This document shows positions 18,720 through 28,081 of a stretch of 62,501 bases of DNA, piece after piece. Within the stretch, counting starts at the first letter, position 1; the number at the start of each line of letters is the position of its first letter. This stretch comes from a virus (Duplodnaviria; Caudoviricetes): IMG/VR virus record IMGVR_UViG_3300031772_000033, positions 1 through 62,501 of that record; one strand, 5' to 3'. Under the pieces are notes generated by a model. It made no database searches and had not been told where the DNA came from. It saw only the letters and a list, made by a program, of their open reading frames with translations. Made by a program: the position numbers and the translations under genes.

Positions 18720-18929
18720 ATGAACAATCTATACGAAAAACTGCAAGCGATTCGCGAGGCGAACGACCAGAGGAAACGAGGAACCGTCCGCGAGATGATA
18801 ATGAAACTTCAGCGGGAGATCACAATCGGGGAGGTGACACCGGAACAGAAACTTCAATCCGGCGTCCTTGGCGCACTTTCCTTGTTCAGGGCCACCCACG
18901 ACCGCAATCACGAAGTTACAGGCGAGTAG
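18720..18929 (+). CDS. Hypothetical protein
   Basis: AAGGAGG RBS. Confidence 0.6.
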   Translation: MNNLYEKLQAIREANDQRKRGTVREMIMKLQREITIGEVTPEQKLQSGVLGALSLFRATHDRNHEVTGE

Positions 18930-18937
18930 GAGGAATT

Positions 18938-19747
18938 ATGAGAACCGCAGAAACAAAAACACCCATCACAAAAGAGATTGCCGTTGTTCAGGTGACAGCC
19001 GAGAAAATTTCAGTTCTTACGGGATTTCCGGTTGAGGCAATCGCAGTAATTAAAAATACAGTTGCCAAAAATACAACAGATACAGAACTGGCATATTTCC
19101 TTTCTGTTGCCAAGTCCGTGAATCTGAACCCGCTTAATAAGGAAATTTGGTGCTACAAGGACAACAAGGGAAATCTCCTTGTATTTGCGGGACGTGATGG
19201 ATTTTTAAAACGCGCACAGGAAAGTCCGAATTGGAATGGTATGACTTCCTTTGAAGTCTGTTTCAATGATTTTTTTGAAATAGAATTGACTGTCGGAAAA
19301 GCCAGCATTGTGCATCGTCCAAATTTCAAGGATCGCGGAAAAATCATTGGAGCGTATGCAATAGTCCATCCGAAGGGTTGCAATTTACCAACAATTGAAT
19401 GGGCAGAATTTTCGGCTTACGACAAGGGATGGAATGTTTGGAAAGACAATCCTGCCGCAATGATCAAGAAAGTTGCAGAGGCTCATGTTCTCAAGAAAGC
19501 ATTCGGGATTACGATCCTTCAGGCCGAATACGATTATGAAGTCAAGGATGAAATCGTTTCCGCCGTTGATCATGCTCCAAAAACGGATCTTGAAATTGCA
19601 TCAAAAAAGATCGTTGATGCTTTGGATGATTACAAAGGAGAGGACAAGGAAACCCTCAAAACCATGTGCGCGGAAAAACAACAAGCCGGAGAGTTGACGG
19701 TTGAAATTTTGCAAAATGTTGGCAAACAGATTGGGTTAGCGTTATGA
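18938..19747 (+). CDS. bet: Red-beta/RecT-family single-strand annealing protein
   Basis: LNPLNKEIW, GRDGF, W...PAAMIKKVAEAHVLKKAF. Confidence 0.9.
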   Translation: MRTAETKTPITKEIAVVQVTAEKISVLTGFPVEAIAVIKNTVAKNTTDTELAYFLSVAKSVNLNPLNKEIWCYKDNKGNLLVFAGRDGFLKRAQESPNWNGMTSFEVCFNDFFEIELTVGKASIVHRPNFKDRGKIIGAYAIVHPKGCNLPTIEWAEFSAYDKGWNVWKDNPAAMIKKVAEAHVLKKAFGITILQAEYDYEVKDEIVSAVDHAPKTDLEIASKKIVDALDDYKGEDKETLKTMCAEKQQAGELTVEILQNVGKQIGLAL

Positions 19748-20334
19748 TCATCCACGACATGCAACAAGGAACGGTTGAATGGCATGAGGTCCGTAGAGGT
19801 AAGTTTACCGCATCTGAATTCGGCGATCTGTTCATGGGAAAGTCAACCAAGGGCTATAACAATCTAATTAATCGAGTAGTTTTCGAACGTATGACCGGAG
19901 AGATTGCAGAATCGTTTTCGAACGGATGGACGGAGCGTGGGAAGGCATTGGAACCTGAAGCGCGTGAAGCCTACGAAATGCAGACGTTCAACAAGGTCCA
20001 TCAAATCGGGTTCATGGAACTTGACGAATGGATAGGTTGTTCCACGGATGGCCTGATTGGAGAGAATGGCATCGTATCTATTAAATGCCCCAAGTATTCC
20101 ACGTTGATTGATTATCACCTTTCTGGAAAAATCCCACCTGAATATGCATGGCAGATGCAGGGTGAACTTTGGATTTCCGAACGTGCTTGGTGCGATTTCT
20201 ATGTTTGGCATCCGAAGATGAAGCCCCTATTAAAGCGCATGGAATGGGATGAAAAAAGCATTATAGCCTTGACCTTGGAATTGGGACAGGCTATTTCAGC
20301 GGCAAAAGAACGAATGCTTAAAGTGGGGAGTTAA
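19744..20334 (+). CDS. exo: Lambda-exonuclease/YqaJ-family exonuclease
   Basis: QGTVEWHEVRRGKFTAS, G..LEPEAR, STDG, IKCP, WQMQG. Confidence 0.9.
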   Translation: MIIHDMQQGTVEWHEVRRGKFTASEFGDLFMGKSTKGYNNLINRVVFERMTGEIAESFSNGWTERGKALEPEAREAYEMQTFNKVHQIGFMELDEWIGCSTDGLIGENGIVSIKCPKYSTLIDYHLSGKIPPEYAWQMQGELWISERAWCDFYVWHPKMKPLLKRMEWDEKSIIALTLELGQAISAAKERMLKVGS

Positions 20335-20336
20335 TA

Positions 20337-21047
20337 ATGGACGATCCTAAAATTCAAGAGGTCGAGCAGGGCGTCCGGGTTTTCATCGGCGAGCACCAGC
20401 AGATCGTTATTGCCGACAATGAACAATTCGCCCAGGTTGAGGAATTGCGGAAGGAAGTCAAGCGCCGACTGAAGGTGATCAATGACGTTCTGGATCCGTT
20501 CCGAGCGACAGCATATGAGGCGTACCAAAAAGCCAAAAAGAGAGTTGATGACAATAAAGGACCTCTCGAAAAACTCGAAAAAATGATTGTCACTGAGCAG
20601 AAACGGTATTTGGACGAACAGGAAACGATCCGCCTTGAAGCAAAACGCAAGGCCGATGCCGAACAGGCCGAAATCGACCGTAAGCGGAAGATCGAGGCGG
20701 ACCGGATTGAGAACGACCGCCTGGCCGCCGCTGCGGAACTGGAAAGGAAGGGCGACAATAAGGGCGCGGAGGCCGTATTGGAATCCGCATTAAAAGCCGA
20801 GGAAGACGTTCCTCCGCCTCCGCCGTTTGTCGCTACGGTCGTTCCAAGAGCGCCGGAAGTGGACCGACGGACTTTCCGGAAGTTCTGGTTGGTGGAGGTT
20901 TCGGATCTTCGGGTACTCTGTGCCGCGATTGGCGCGGGGACCGTCCCGGTGGATGCGGTGACCCCGAACTACACCCGGTTGAATCAGATGGCCAGGGATT
21001 TCAAGGACAAGATGAATATCCCGGGCGTGAAGGCAATCGAGAGATAA
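20337..21047 (+). CDS. Coiled-coil protein of the recombination module
   Basis: Charged helical body, poly-Pro stretch, IPGV C-terminus. Confidence 0.7.
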   Translation: MDDPKIQEVEQGVRVFIGEHQQIVIADNEQFAQVEELRKEVKRRLKVINDVLDPFRATAYEAYQKAKKRVDDNKGPLEKLEKMIVTEQKRYLDEQETIRLEAKRKADAEQAEIDRKRKIEADRIENDRLAAAAELERKGDNKGAEAVLESALKAEEDVPPPPPFVATVVPRAPEVDRRTFRKFWLVEVSDLRVLCAAIGAGTVPVDAVTPNYTRLNQMARDFKDKMNIPGVKAIER

Positions 21048-21133
21048 GAATTCCGGCGCGGCGGGACAAGGCATCCACGGCGGCCTTCCTCCCTTTGGAT
21101 GCTCTCCCGCTGGCCGGGTAAAAGGAGAATGAA

Positions 21134-21361
21134 ATGAGAATCACGAGGGTAGGAGTTACTTACGGAGAACTCAGAAGTTCCGGATATCCGAATTTTAGCA
21201 ATAAAAAATATGAGATAGTCCTCATTGCGGCTTTAGAAGAAGGCGAAACGGCGCGAGAGGTAAAGGAAAAATTGACGGCACAACTCCAAAAAGAAGTCAA
21301 GAAGTTTTTCGGCGACGATATCAAAGACGACGAACTAAACGAACCATACCAAAAACCATGA
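21134..21361 (+). CDS. Hypothetical protein
   Basis: AAGGAG RBS. Confidence 0.7.
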   Translation: MRITRVGVTYGELRSSGYPNFSNKKYEIVLIAALEEGETAREVKEKLTAQLQKEVKKFFGDDIKDDELNEPYQKP

Positions 21362-21825
21362 TCTGGAAAGACCCCACAACTCCCGACGAATGGACTGAAC
21401 TTTTTAAGCAAGTCCAGATCGATTTCGAGAAAATCGAAATCCCCGACGTGATGAGCATTCAGCCGGGGGAAGTATTGGAACCCTCCGAGATCAACGTCGA
21501 GATTGTCAAGACGGCCAAGGCATTCAGAGAAACCGGATCAATCAAGGATCGGGCGCGACGGTTGGAAGCGATTGCCAAGCGGTGGTACGAACAGGCCAAA
21601 GCAAAGGCGGTCCTCGAACTCCGGTCCGCCGCAAACCGGGAAATCTATTCATCCGATGAACTCCGGAAGGCATATGCCGAAGATCAGGCCGCAGCGGTCC
21701 GCGGACTGTGGGACGCCTCCCGCGTCTTGGCCGCTTCGATAAAGGATGAACGCCAGCGCATTTATCAATATCGGAAGGATCTTGAAAATATTGGTAATAA
21801 CGCCCGATGGACACCGAGGGCATGA
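21358..21825 (+). CDS. Hypothetical helical protein
   Basis: ATGA overlap coupling. Confidence 0.65.
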   Translation: MIWKDPTTPDEWTELFKQVQIDFEKIEIPDVMSIQPGEVLEPSEINVEIVKTAKAFRETGSIKDRARRLEAIAKRWYEQAKAKAVLELRSAANREIYSSDELRKAYAEDQAAAVRGLWDASRVLAASIKDERQRIYQYRKDLENIGNNARWTPRA

Positions 21826-21844
21826 ACCACAAAGGAGGAAAGTC

Positions 21845-22336
21845 ATGATTATCACATTAGATTGGTTGAAAAAACACAGTGCCTGCGTCGAAGGCATCAG
21901 ATGGTTCGGCTTAGAAAATCGTGATGCGAAAGAGGTCATTGAAAGCCTTATCGCTGATCATCCTAAAAATTCGGACGCCTTGCAATGGGCGAACTGGGCA
22001 ATCACGAGAATACTGGATCGTCCCGACAAAATCCGGTATGCCGTTTTCGCCGCAGAACAGGTCATTGATATTTTCGAAAAAAAATATCCAGATGACAAAC
22101 GACCAAGAAATGCGATAGAAGCGGCGAAAAAGGTGATTGAGGCAGATACGCAGGAAAACAGGAACGCCGCCTACGCCGCCGCCGACGCCGCCGCCTACGC
22201 CGCCGCCGACGCCGCCGACGCCGCCTACACCGCCGCCGCCGCCTACACCGCCGCCGCCGCCTACACCGCCGCCGCCGCCTACACCTACGAAATGAGGATA
22301 AAAATTTTACGCTATGGGATAACGTTGCTGAAGTGA
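21845..22336 (+). CDS. Hypothetical protein with Ala/Tyr low-complexity tract
   Basis: WLKKHSAC.EG..WF, DKRPR.AIEAA; GCC-rich tract near 22165-22285. Confidence 0.8.
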   Translation: MIITLDWLKKHSACVEGIRWFGLENRDAKEVIESLIADHPKNSDALQWANWAITRILDRPDKIRYAVFAAEQVIDIFEKKYPDDKRPRNAIEAAKKVIEADTQENRNAAYAAADAAAYAAADAADAAYTAAAAYTAAAAYTAAAAYTYEMRIKILRYGITLLK

Positions 22337-22532
22337 ATACGATCATCGAAAAAATCTGCCGCCATTGCGGCGCTGAAATCCGTCGTTGGATAGGTGGGTT
22401 TACGGATGGACGGAAACTATACGGCTGTTGCCCAAAGAAGTCATGCCAGAAAAAGGAGAAATCATGGCCCTAACCGTGCAAATCAACAGACGCGAAAAGG
22501 CGAATGAAAATCCAAACTTTCAAGGCTAAAAC

Positions 22533-23024
22533 ATGACGAACAAGGGAAACATCGTCCGGACTCCAAACTCTGCGCGGCGCGGACTTTCCGGCGATTCCAA
22601 GGCCTATTGCGAGGAATGCTCGGATGTGATCTCAGATTTTCGGCAAAAGTACAAAGCAAAGACTTGCGGAAACGCATGTAAACGCGAAAGAGATAAAAGA
22701 CTTAAACGTGAAAAAGCAAAGCAGATCAATGAATTACTTGGAATTCGCCCGATTAAAAAGGTTACTTCTTTCCCTGATCGCAGGCGAATAAAGGCCATAA
22801 ACCTAATTCAATTACATCCCGAAATAATTATCTTCATTGCCAAAAGGATTGAGATTGACGTTAAGCATAGCATTGACATTCGATTCGATTTTTACATTGA
22901 ACTGGCAAAACGAAAATTTAAGTTGAATTTTGGAAATAATCACAAACGATATTTCAAGGAAAATATTCTCCGTACATATCCGGATCTGAGACAGTACATC
23001 AAAATGAAGGAGAGGAAGCCATGA
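22533..23024 (+). CDS. Cys-motif hypothetical protein
   Basis: CEEC...CGNAC. Confidence 0.55.
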   Translation: MTNKGNIVRTPNSARRGLSGDSKAYCEECSDVISDFRQKYKAKTCGNACKRERDKRLKREKAKQINELLGIRPIKKVTSFPDRRRIKAINLIQLHPEIIIFIAKRIEIDVKHSIDIRFDFYIELAKRKFKLNFGNNHKRYFKENILRTYPDLRQYIKMKERKP

Positions 23025-23374
23025 AGAAATTCACCTTTGAAAATTGTCAGACTATCCATAAACAGCTTTGGAATTGGCTTGCCGAGACAGGAAAACCACA
23101 TAAGCCTGATTGGTTGGAATGGAAGAAGATCACGGAGGAGTATGGAACTACGCCTATTTTCTTTTGTCCGGCGTGTGAATATGCAGAGTCCATCGCCGGG
23201 TCTGGGAGTAAATGCCGTAAATGCCCGATTAAACGGAAGGGTGGTGGTAATTGCGAATTGTCCGGTGCTGAGTTTGATGAATGGAGAAGTTCTAAGGGGA
23301 GCGGCGCTGAACTCAAACGCAGAAAGGAACTCGCTCGTATCATTGCCAACAAGAAATGGACGGATAAGAAATAA
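23021..23374 (+). CDS. Cys-rich hypothetical protein
   Basis: HKQLWNWLA, CPAC, CRKCP. Confidence 0.7.
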   Translation: MKKFTFENCQTIHKQLWNWLAETGKPHKPDWLEWKKITEEYGTTPIFFCPACEYAESIAGSGSKCRKCPIKRKGGGNCELSGAEFDEWRSSKGSGAELKRRKELARIIANKKWTDKK

Positions 23375-24057
23375 TGACGAAAGACTTTGCATTTATGTTT
23401 TTACCCGGTGATTATCTTAGGGATACTCAATGTCTTTCCGAAAAAACACAAGTTGCTTACGACCGTATCATGTGTGAACATATGAGAAACATATGCGTTT
23501 CACAGCAACAACTAAAATTCTTCACAAAACGGTTGAGTGATGAGGAAATGGCTGAATTGAAATTGGTTCTTACTAAGGTTGATGGTGGTTTTCAGATATC
23601 TTGGGTGGCAGAAAGTATAATGAAAAGAATGGCTTACAGCGAATCAAGAAGTAGAAACAGAACAAAATCATATGATATACATATGGAAGATGAAGATAAA
23701 AATAAAGATAAAGATGAAAAAGTAAATGAAAAAGAAATTGAAATAGATAATGTCATTCAGGAATTTAATAAAATCGTCGGATCAAATTATCAAACAAAAT
23801 CGAAAGCAATCCGAGAATACATCCGAGCACGATTAACTGAAGGATATTCGAAAGACGATTGTATAAAGGTCATCCAAATCAAATCAAGAGATTGGAAGGG
23901 TACGGACATGGAAAAGTATCTTCGCCCTTCGACGCTTTTTAGGCCAACTAAATTTCCGGAATATCTGAATCAGAAAGAACAAACCAAATCAACGCCACAA
24001 AGTCGGCATGAAGAATTTATAAAGAGGCAAAATGAATCTCACGTTAATAAACCTTAG
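23374..24057 (+). CDS. Replication initiator (lambda O-like position) with conserved phage C-terminal domain
   Basis: F.F.PGDYL.DT N-terminus; YLRPSTLF..TKF.EYLNQ. Confidence 0.8.
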   Translation: MTKDFAFMFLPGDYLRDTQCLSEKTQVAYDRIMCEHMRNICVSQQQLKFFTKRLSDEEMAELKLVLTKVDGGFQISWVAESIMKRMAYSESRSRNRTKSYDIHMEDEDKNKDKDEKVNEKEIEIDNVIQEFNKIVGSNYQTKSKAIREYIRARLTEGYSKDDCIKVIQIKSRDWKGTDMEKYLRPSTLFRPTKFPEYLNQKEQTKSTPQSRHEEFIKRQNESHVNKP

Positions 24058-24583
24058 CGTATTACTTGAAACCTTTTATGAGGTTTCGGTTAAAACATCA
24101 AAGTCCGAACCGCCTTCCGATGCGATGAAACAACTTTATTTTGAAATTTTAAAAGACTTAGATTTTGAAACCGTAAATAAAAACGGCTTTGACCATTTTA
24201 AAAAGAACAGATATTTCCCTGCTGCCTGTGATTTACGTGGAGAGATAGACAAGATAAATGAAGCGAAGGCTGACCACGCATACCGAATTATTGAATTTGT
24301 TATGAAAAAATATTTTATCCCGGAATTTCCACAAACAAGCATGAATATAATCAAACATAAATTAAATTTATGGAATGAATCGGCTTTACTGCCATTGGCA
24401 GACAGATGGGGGATGGAAATATTCGAAGGTTCAAATCCTTCTGCAACTCGCGCTCAATTTCTGAAAAGTTACCTGATTGAAAACGGGGAATATTATCAAC
24501 TCGCAGAACACAAGCAAAAAGAAATATCAGATAGGGCATTAGAACTTATTTCTCCACTTATCAAAGAAAAAATCGACGGCTGA
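24032..24583 (+). CDS. Putative helicase loader/inhibitor
   Basis: Follows the initiator; YF..LKDL...YFPA.CDL pattern. Confidence 0.55.
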   Translation: MNLTLINLSVLLETFYEVSVKTSKSEPPSDAMKQLYFEILKDLDFETVNKNGFDHFKKNRYFPAACDLRGEIDKINEAKADHAYRIIEFVMKKYFIPEFPQTSMNIIKHKLNLWNESALLPLADRWGMEIFEGSNPSATRAQFLKSYLIENGEYYQLAEHKQKEISDRALELISPLIKEKIDG

Positions 24584-25876
24584 ATCATGAAAACAAAACC
24601 AATCCAATGGGTACAAAGTAAAGCGCAATATTCCAATTCCTTAAATGCGATGATTGAACATATTCGGATTGGTTATGTATGTTATGATTCGGCGACATCA
24701 CGAGAGCAAACGAAATTTTACAAGGCATGGTTTTTATTGGGTGGATATAAACAACCCAAAGATAATTTTGAAACCGAAGATCAAGGGAAGGCATGGGTTG
24801 AAAAGAGTTTCAAATTATGGATAGAAAAAATATCAGAGTAATCGACGGTTGAATCAGAAAGGGGAAGGGAATATGGATTACATAAAAGCGATTGAAAAAG
24901 AAATTGAATGGTGCAAATCTCATCCAGGGGAATCCGCAAAAGGGGTGGAATTTGAAAAGGCATTTATTTTGGGATTAACGCAAGCAATATATATAATTAA
25001 CAAAGTGATCAGAATACGTGATCAGAAAGAGGAATGACATGCCAAATAATTTTGAAGAAATAGATGAAATCGAAATAGATGAGGACGATATTTTTGAACG
25101 AGAACAAGAACGAAGAGCGGAATGTGTCTGTGGAGCTTATCAATATTCAGTAAAACGCGGAGAATTTATTCATGTCGCGGATTGTTGTTGCGGAAGAACC
25201 TGAAGAAAGGGGAATGAGATGGATGAATATGATTGTGCACAGATAGACAAAGCAATGTCAAAAAAAATTGACGCAATTTACAGAAATCCGGCAAAGCATA
25301 AATTTTATTCGCAGTTTGAGGCATTTAAAGAAGATTATCGCCATGGTCCGCGAGGTGGACGTATTGTTGGGAAAAAACGTATTTGCTATCATTGTGGATC
25401 CAAAAAGAAATATCATGCAGACATAACGGAATTATTATAAATGAGGCGGGAAAATGAATGAACTTGAAATGCTCCAAGCAATGGGCGGTATTGATGAACC
25501 ATTCTTGACGGGTAGGTTTTTAGGAATCGGTCCATGCGCAGACGATCAGACGAAATACTTGATGCTCAGGCGCGACTTGGAAGATTTCTGTAAATCTCTA
25601 AAAGGAAGCGATCAAGCAAGACTATCTATGATGCTTGATGTTTATGACGAGGAAATAAAATGATCAATTCTCCCAAGACACTCGATGAGGCGATTAAACA
25701 TTACAAAGAGTCGAACTATTCTCAGGGCTATTATGTCAAAGGGTATTGTGCGCATCCGGTCATGGCGAGAAATAGGATATGGCGTCAATGTTCCCGTTGT
25801 AACGGTCACGGCCCGAATAAACTATACTGCAAACAACATAGTCGTAAAGTATTGGCAAGTCAAGGAGAAACTTAAA

Positions 25877-26368
25877 ATGGGATGCAAAAACAAAAATATA
25901 ACACAAGGAGAATTAAGGAGAATAGTCGATTATGATCCCGAAACTGGAAAATTTTACTGGAAGGCGAGAGGACAAGGCAGAAAAATTGGATTTCCGTGCG
26001 GTAATTTAAATAATGGTTACATCAGAATTTATATAAATGGAATGTCTTATATGGCTCATCGTCTCGCTTGGTTATGGAAAACCGGTTATTTCCCTGAAAA
26101 AAGCATGGATTACAAGAATGGAATAAGACATGATAATAAAATATCTAATCTTAGACTTGCTACTCATTCGCAAAATCAGGCGAATAAAAAAGGTATGAGT
26201 AAATATGGAGTTAAGGGAGTTTGCAGGGATCGTCACAAATGGGTTGCCAGAATAATGCATGATAAAGTAAGGTATTATTTAGGAACTTTTAATACATTAA
26301 AAGAAGCTAATAGAGCATATTTTAAGGCAGCATTGAAATATCACGGCGAATTTGCGAGAAGAAAATAA
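25877..26368 (+). CDS. HNH-AP2 homing endonuclease-like protein with catalytic His replaced by Tyr
   Basis: YDPETGKF, AHRLAW, DYKNG..DN.ISNLR, YLG.F...EA..AY..AA...HGEF. Confidence 0.85.
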   Translation: MGCKNKNITQGELRRIVDYDPETGKFYWKARGQGRKIGFPCGNLNNGYIRIYINGMSYMAHRLAWLWKTGYFPEKSMDYKNGIRHDNKISNLRLATHSQNQANKKGMSKYGVKGVCRDRHKWVARIMHDKVRYYLGTFNTLKEANRAYFKAALKYHGEFARRK

Positions 26369-26567
26369 CAACACGCAAAGAAAGTGGAGGCATGAAATGA
26401 TTACCTTAAAAGAATTAAACACGAATAAAAAATATCGTAGCCTGTCCATCGAGAAACTTGCCAGACTCATTGACGGTTATAGGTTTACGTTTGTGGATTA
26501 TTCAAAATTACCAGGTGAAGGACCAATAGGCAAAGCCGAAAACTTAAAAAAGAAATGGAGGCATGAA

Positions 26568-27014
26568 ATGATCCGAAGAAAGAACATCCTGCCGGCGGTG
26601 ATCTGTTTCATCATTGCCATTTTTGGTACTTGGTGGATGGCTGAGAATGTCTATCCACAGACACCAACAGTCACCCTCGAATTTACCTGGACCAATACCA
26701 ACACGACAACTGTTGGCTTTGACATAATGGAGGTGTACGCTCCACCAGACACTAACCGAATGTGTTTCTATGTAAACAGCACAGCTGGATTACTACCAAA
26801 CTGTGCCGGTGATTGTAGCTTTGAGACAATAGCACAAGCTGATAACAAGGTGCATTACTACCGCATGAGCGCCTACGATGCAAGGGCAGGTAAGGAATCA
26901 CCCTGGTCAAATGTTGCAAGCTGCCTTCTGCCAATATCAGGAACTACAGCACCTCCAGTGCAGAGCGGTTTGACTGCGCCGATTAATTTTAAGGTTGTGG
27001 TAAAGAAACAATAA
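26568..27014 (+). CDS. Exported or membrane-anchored FN3-like protein
   Basis: Hydrophobic N-terminus ending P/Q; YYRMSAYD...ESPWSN FN3-type C-terminus. Confidence 0.6.
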   Translation: MIRRKNILPAVICFIIAIFGTWWMAENVYPQTPTVTLEFTWTNTNTTTVGFDIMEVYAPPDTNRMCFYVNSTAGLLPNCAGDCSFETIAQADNKVHYYRMSAYDARAGKESPWSNVASCLLPISGTTAPPVQSGLTAPINFKVVVKKQ

Positions 27015-27045
27015 GGCTCGGGGCGAAGGCTCCGCCGTCTGCACC
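27013..27045 (+). repeat. 33-bp intergenic hairpin repeat, copy 1
   Basis: AAGGnTCGGGGCGAAGGCTCCGCCGnnTGCACC; 3 mismatches vs 27525-27557. Confidence 0.85.
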
Positions 27046-27087
27046 TGTACTTAATATCAAAGTAAATCAATAAAAGGGAGAGGTAAA

Positions 27088-27507
27088 ATGAAAGTCGCAA
27101 TCAATAAATGTTGGGGCGGATTTGGTTTGAGCCATGAGGCAATTATGCTTTATGCCAAATTTGCCGGCTTTAAATTGTATCCCTTTATCGATAAACGTGG
27201 TACAGATGGGAGTTTACTTTTTAATAAGTTTCTTCCTTATGTCGGACAAAAAGATGTTTTTTTAATTCATTATTCAAAAAAGCCATTGACTAAATCCGGA
27301 ACTTACGTGAATGATTCTTATTTTTCAGATCGTGATATTGAACGTACCGATCCATTACTTATCAAAGTTATCGAAAAATTACATACCAAAGCAAATGGAC
27401 AACATGCCAAAATTCGTATCGTTGAAATACCGGATGGGACGAAATGGGAATTAGATGAATATGATGGTCAAGAATCTATCCATGAGGTTCATAGATCGTG
27501 GGGTTGA
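27088..27507 (+). CDS. Conserved phage hypothetical protein
   Basis: INKCWGGFGLS...RTDPLL...IVEIPD...EYDG.E. Confidence 0.8.
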   Translation: MKVAINKCWGGFGLSHEAIMLYAKFAGFKLYPFIDKRGTDGSLLFNKFLPYVGQKDVFLIHYSKKPLTKSGTYVNDSYFSDRDIERTDPLLIKVIEKLHTKANGQHAKIRIVEIPDGTKWELDEYDGQESIHEVHRSWG

Positions 27508-27524
27508 GTAGGTTCCAACTGTCC

Positions 27525-27557
27525 AAGGATCGGGGCGAAGGCTCCGCCGAATGCACC
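27525..27557 (+). repeat. 33-bp intergenic hairpin repeat, copy 2
   Basis: See 27013-27045. Confidence 0.85.
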
Positions 27558-27757
27558 AATATTGGGAGTGAGGTAAGTTATGGCTAAATATTTTGGAGGT
27601 TTATTGCAAGGCATTGTACTGACAGTTACTATTGGAGGTGCCATTGTTTTCAAGTTTCCCGTGTTAGTTGTTGCAGCAATACTTGCGGGCCTTTTTACTG
27701 TGTGCGCTTGGATTGTTTGCATATTTGAAAATTGGGATTAAACGTGAGGATAACGCC

Positions 27758-28081
27758 ATGAACGTAGAAGTGACTGATGATCCAAGACCTATGTCTCGAA
27801 TTCTACAGGAAACCGCTGCCGAACTGGAACTGGCGAAAGGTGAAATTAAGTCACTCAGGCTTTCACTTGAAAGTGAAACGGAACGTATCGGCAGAGATGC
27901 CATGCGGTACATGACCGAGAGGGACAGGCTGAAGGCGGTCAATGCGGAGTTGATTGAGGCATGTGAATTGGCGTTGATGGTAGGTACATCATATCCAAAA
28001 GGCACAGGAGCAAGAATGGATTCAAAAACAGAAGAAGTTTTACGAAATGCTGTTACCAAAGCCAAGGAGATCCAGCCATGA
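27758..28081 (+). CDS. Hypothetical coiled-coil protein
   Basis: GAGGA RBS. Confidence 0.65.
   Translation: MNVEVTDDPRPMSRILQETAAELELAKGEIKSLRLSLESETERIGRDAMRYMTERDRLKAVNAELIEACELALMVGTSYPKGTGARMDSKTEEVLRNAVTKAKEIQP

Noticed and set aside
18683-18937. N-terminal extension of Bet in the ORF track
   Set aside because: The true start is probably ATG 18938 after AGGAGG; the extension overlaps gene 18720-18929
22062-22346. Poly-Arg minus-strand ORF
   Set aside because: Shadow of the GCC-rich Ala/Tyr tract of the + strand gene
26176-26187. Self-targets of the putative TnpB guide (12-nt match here, 11 nt at 22781-22791, 10 nt at 36869-36878, all minus strand)
   Set aside because: Matches are short, share no common adjacent motif, and the guide boundary is itself inferred; worth rechecking once the TAM is known
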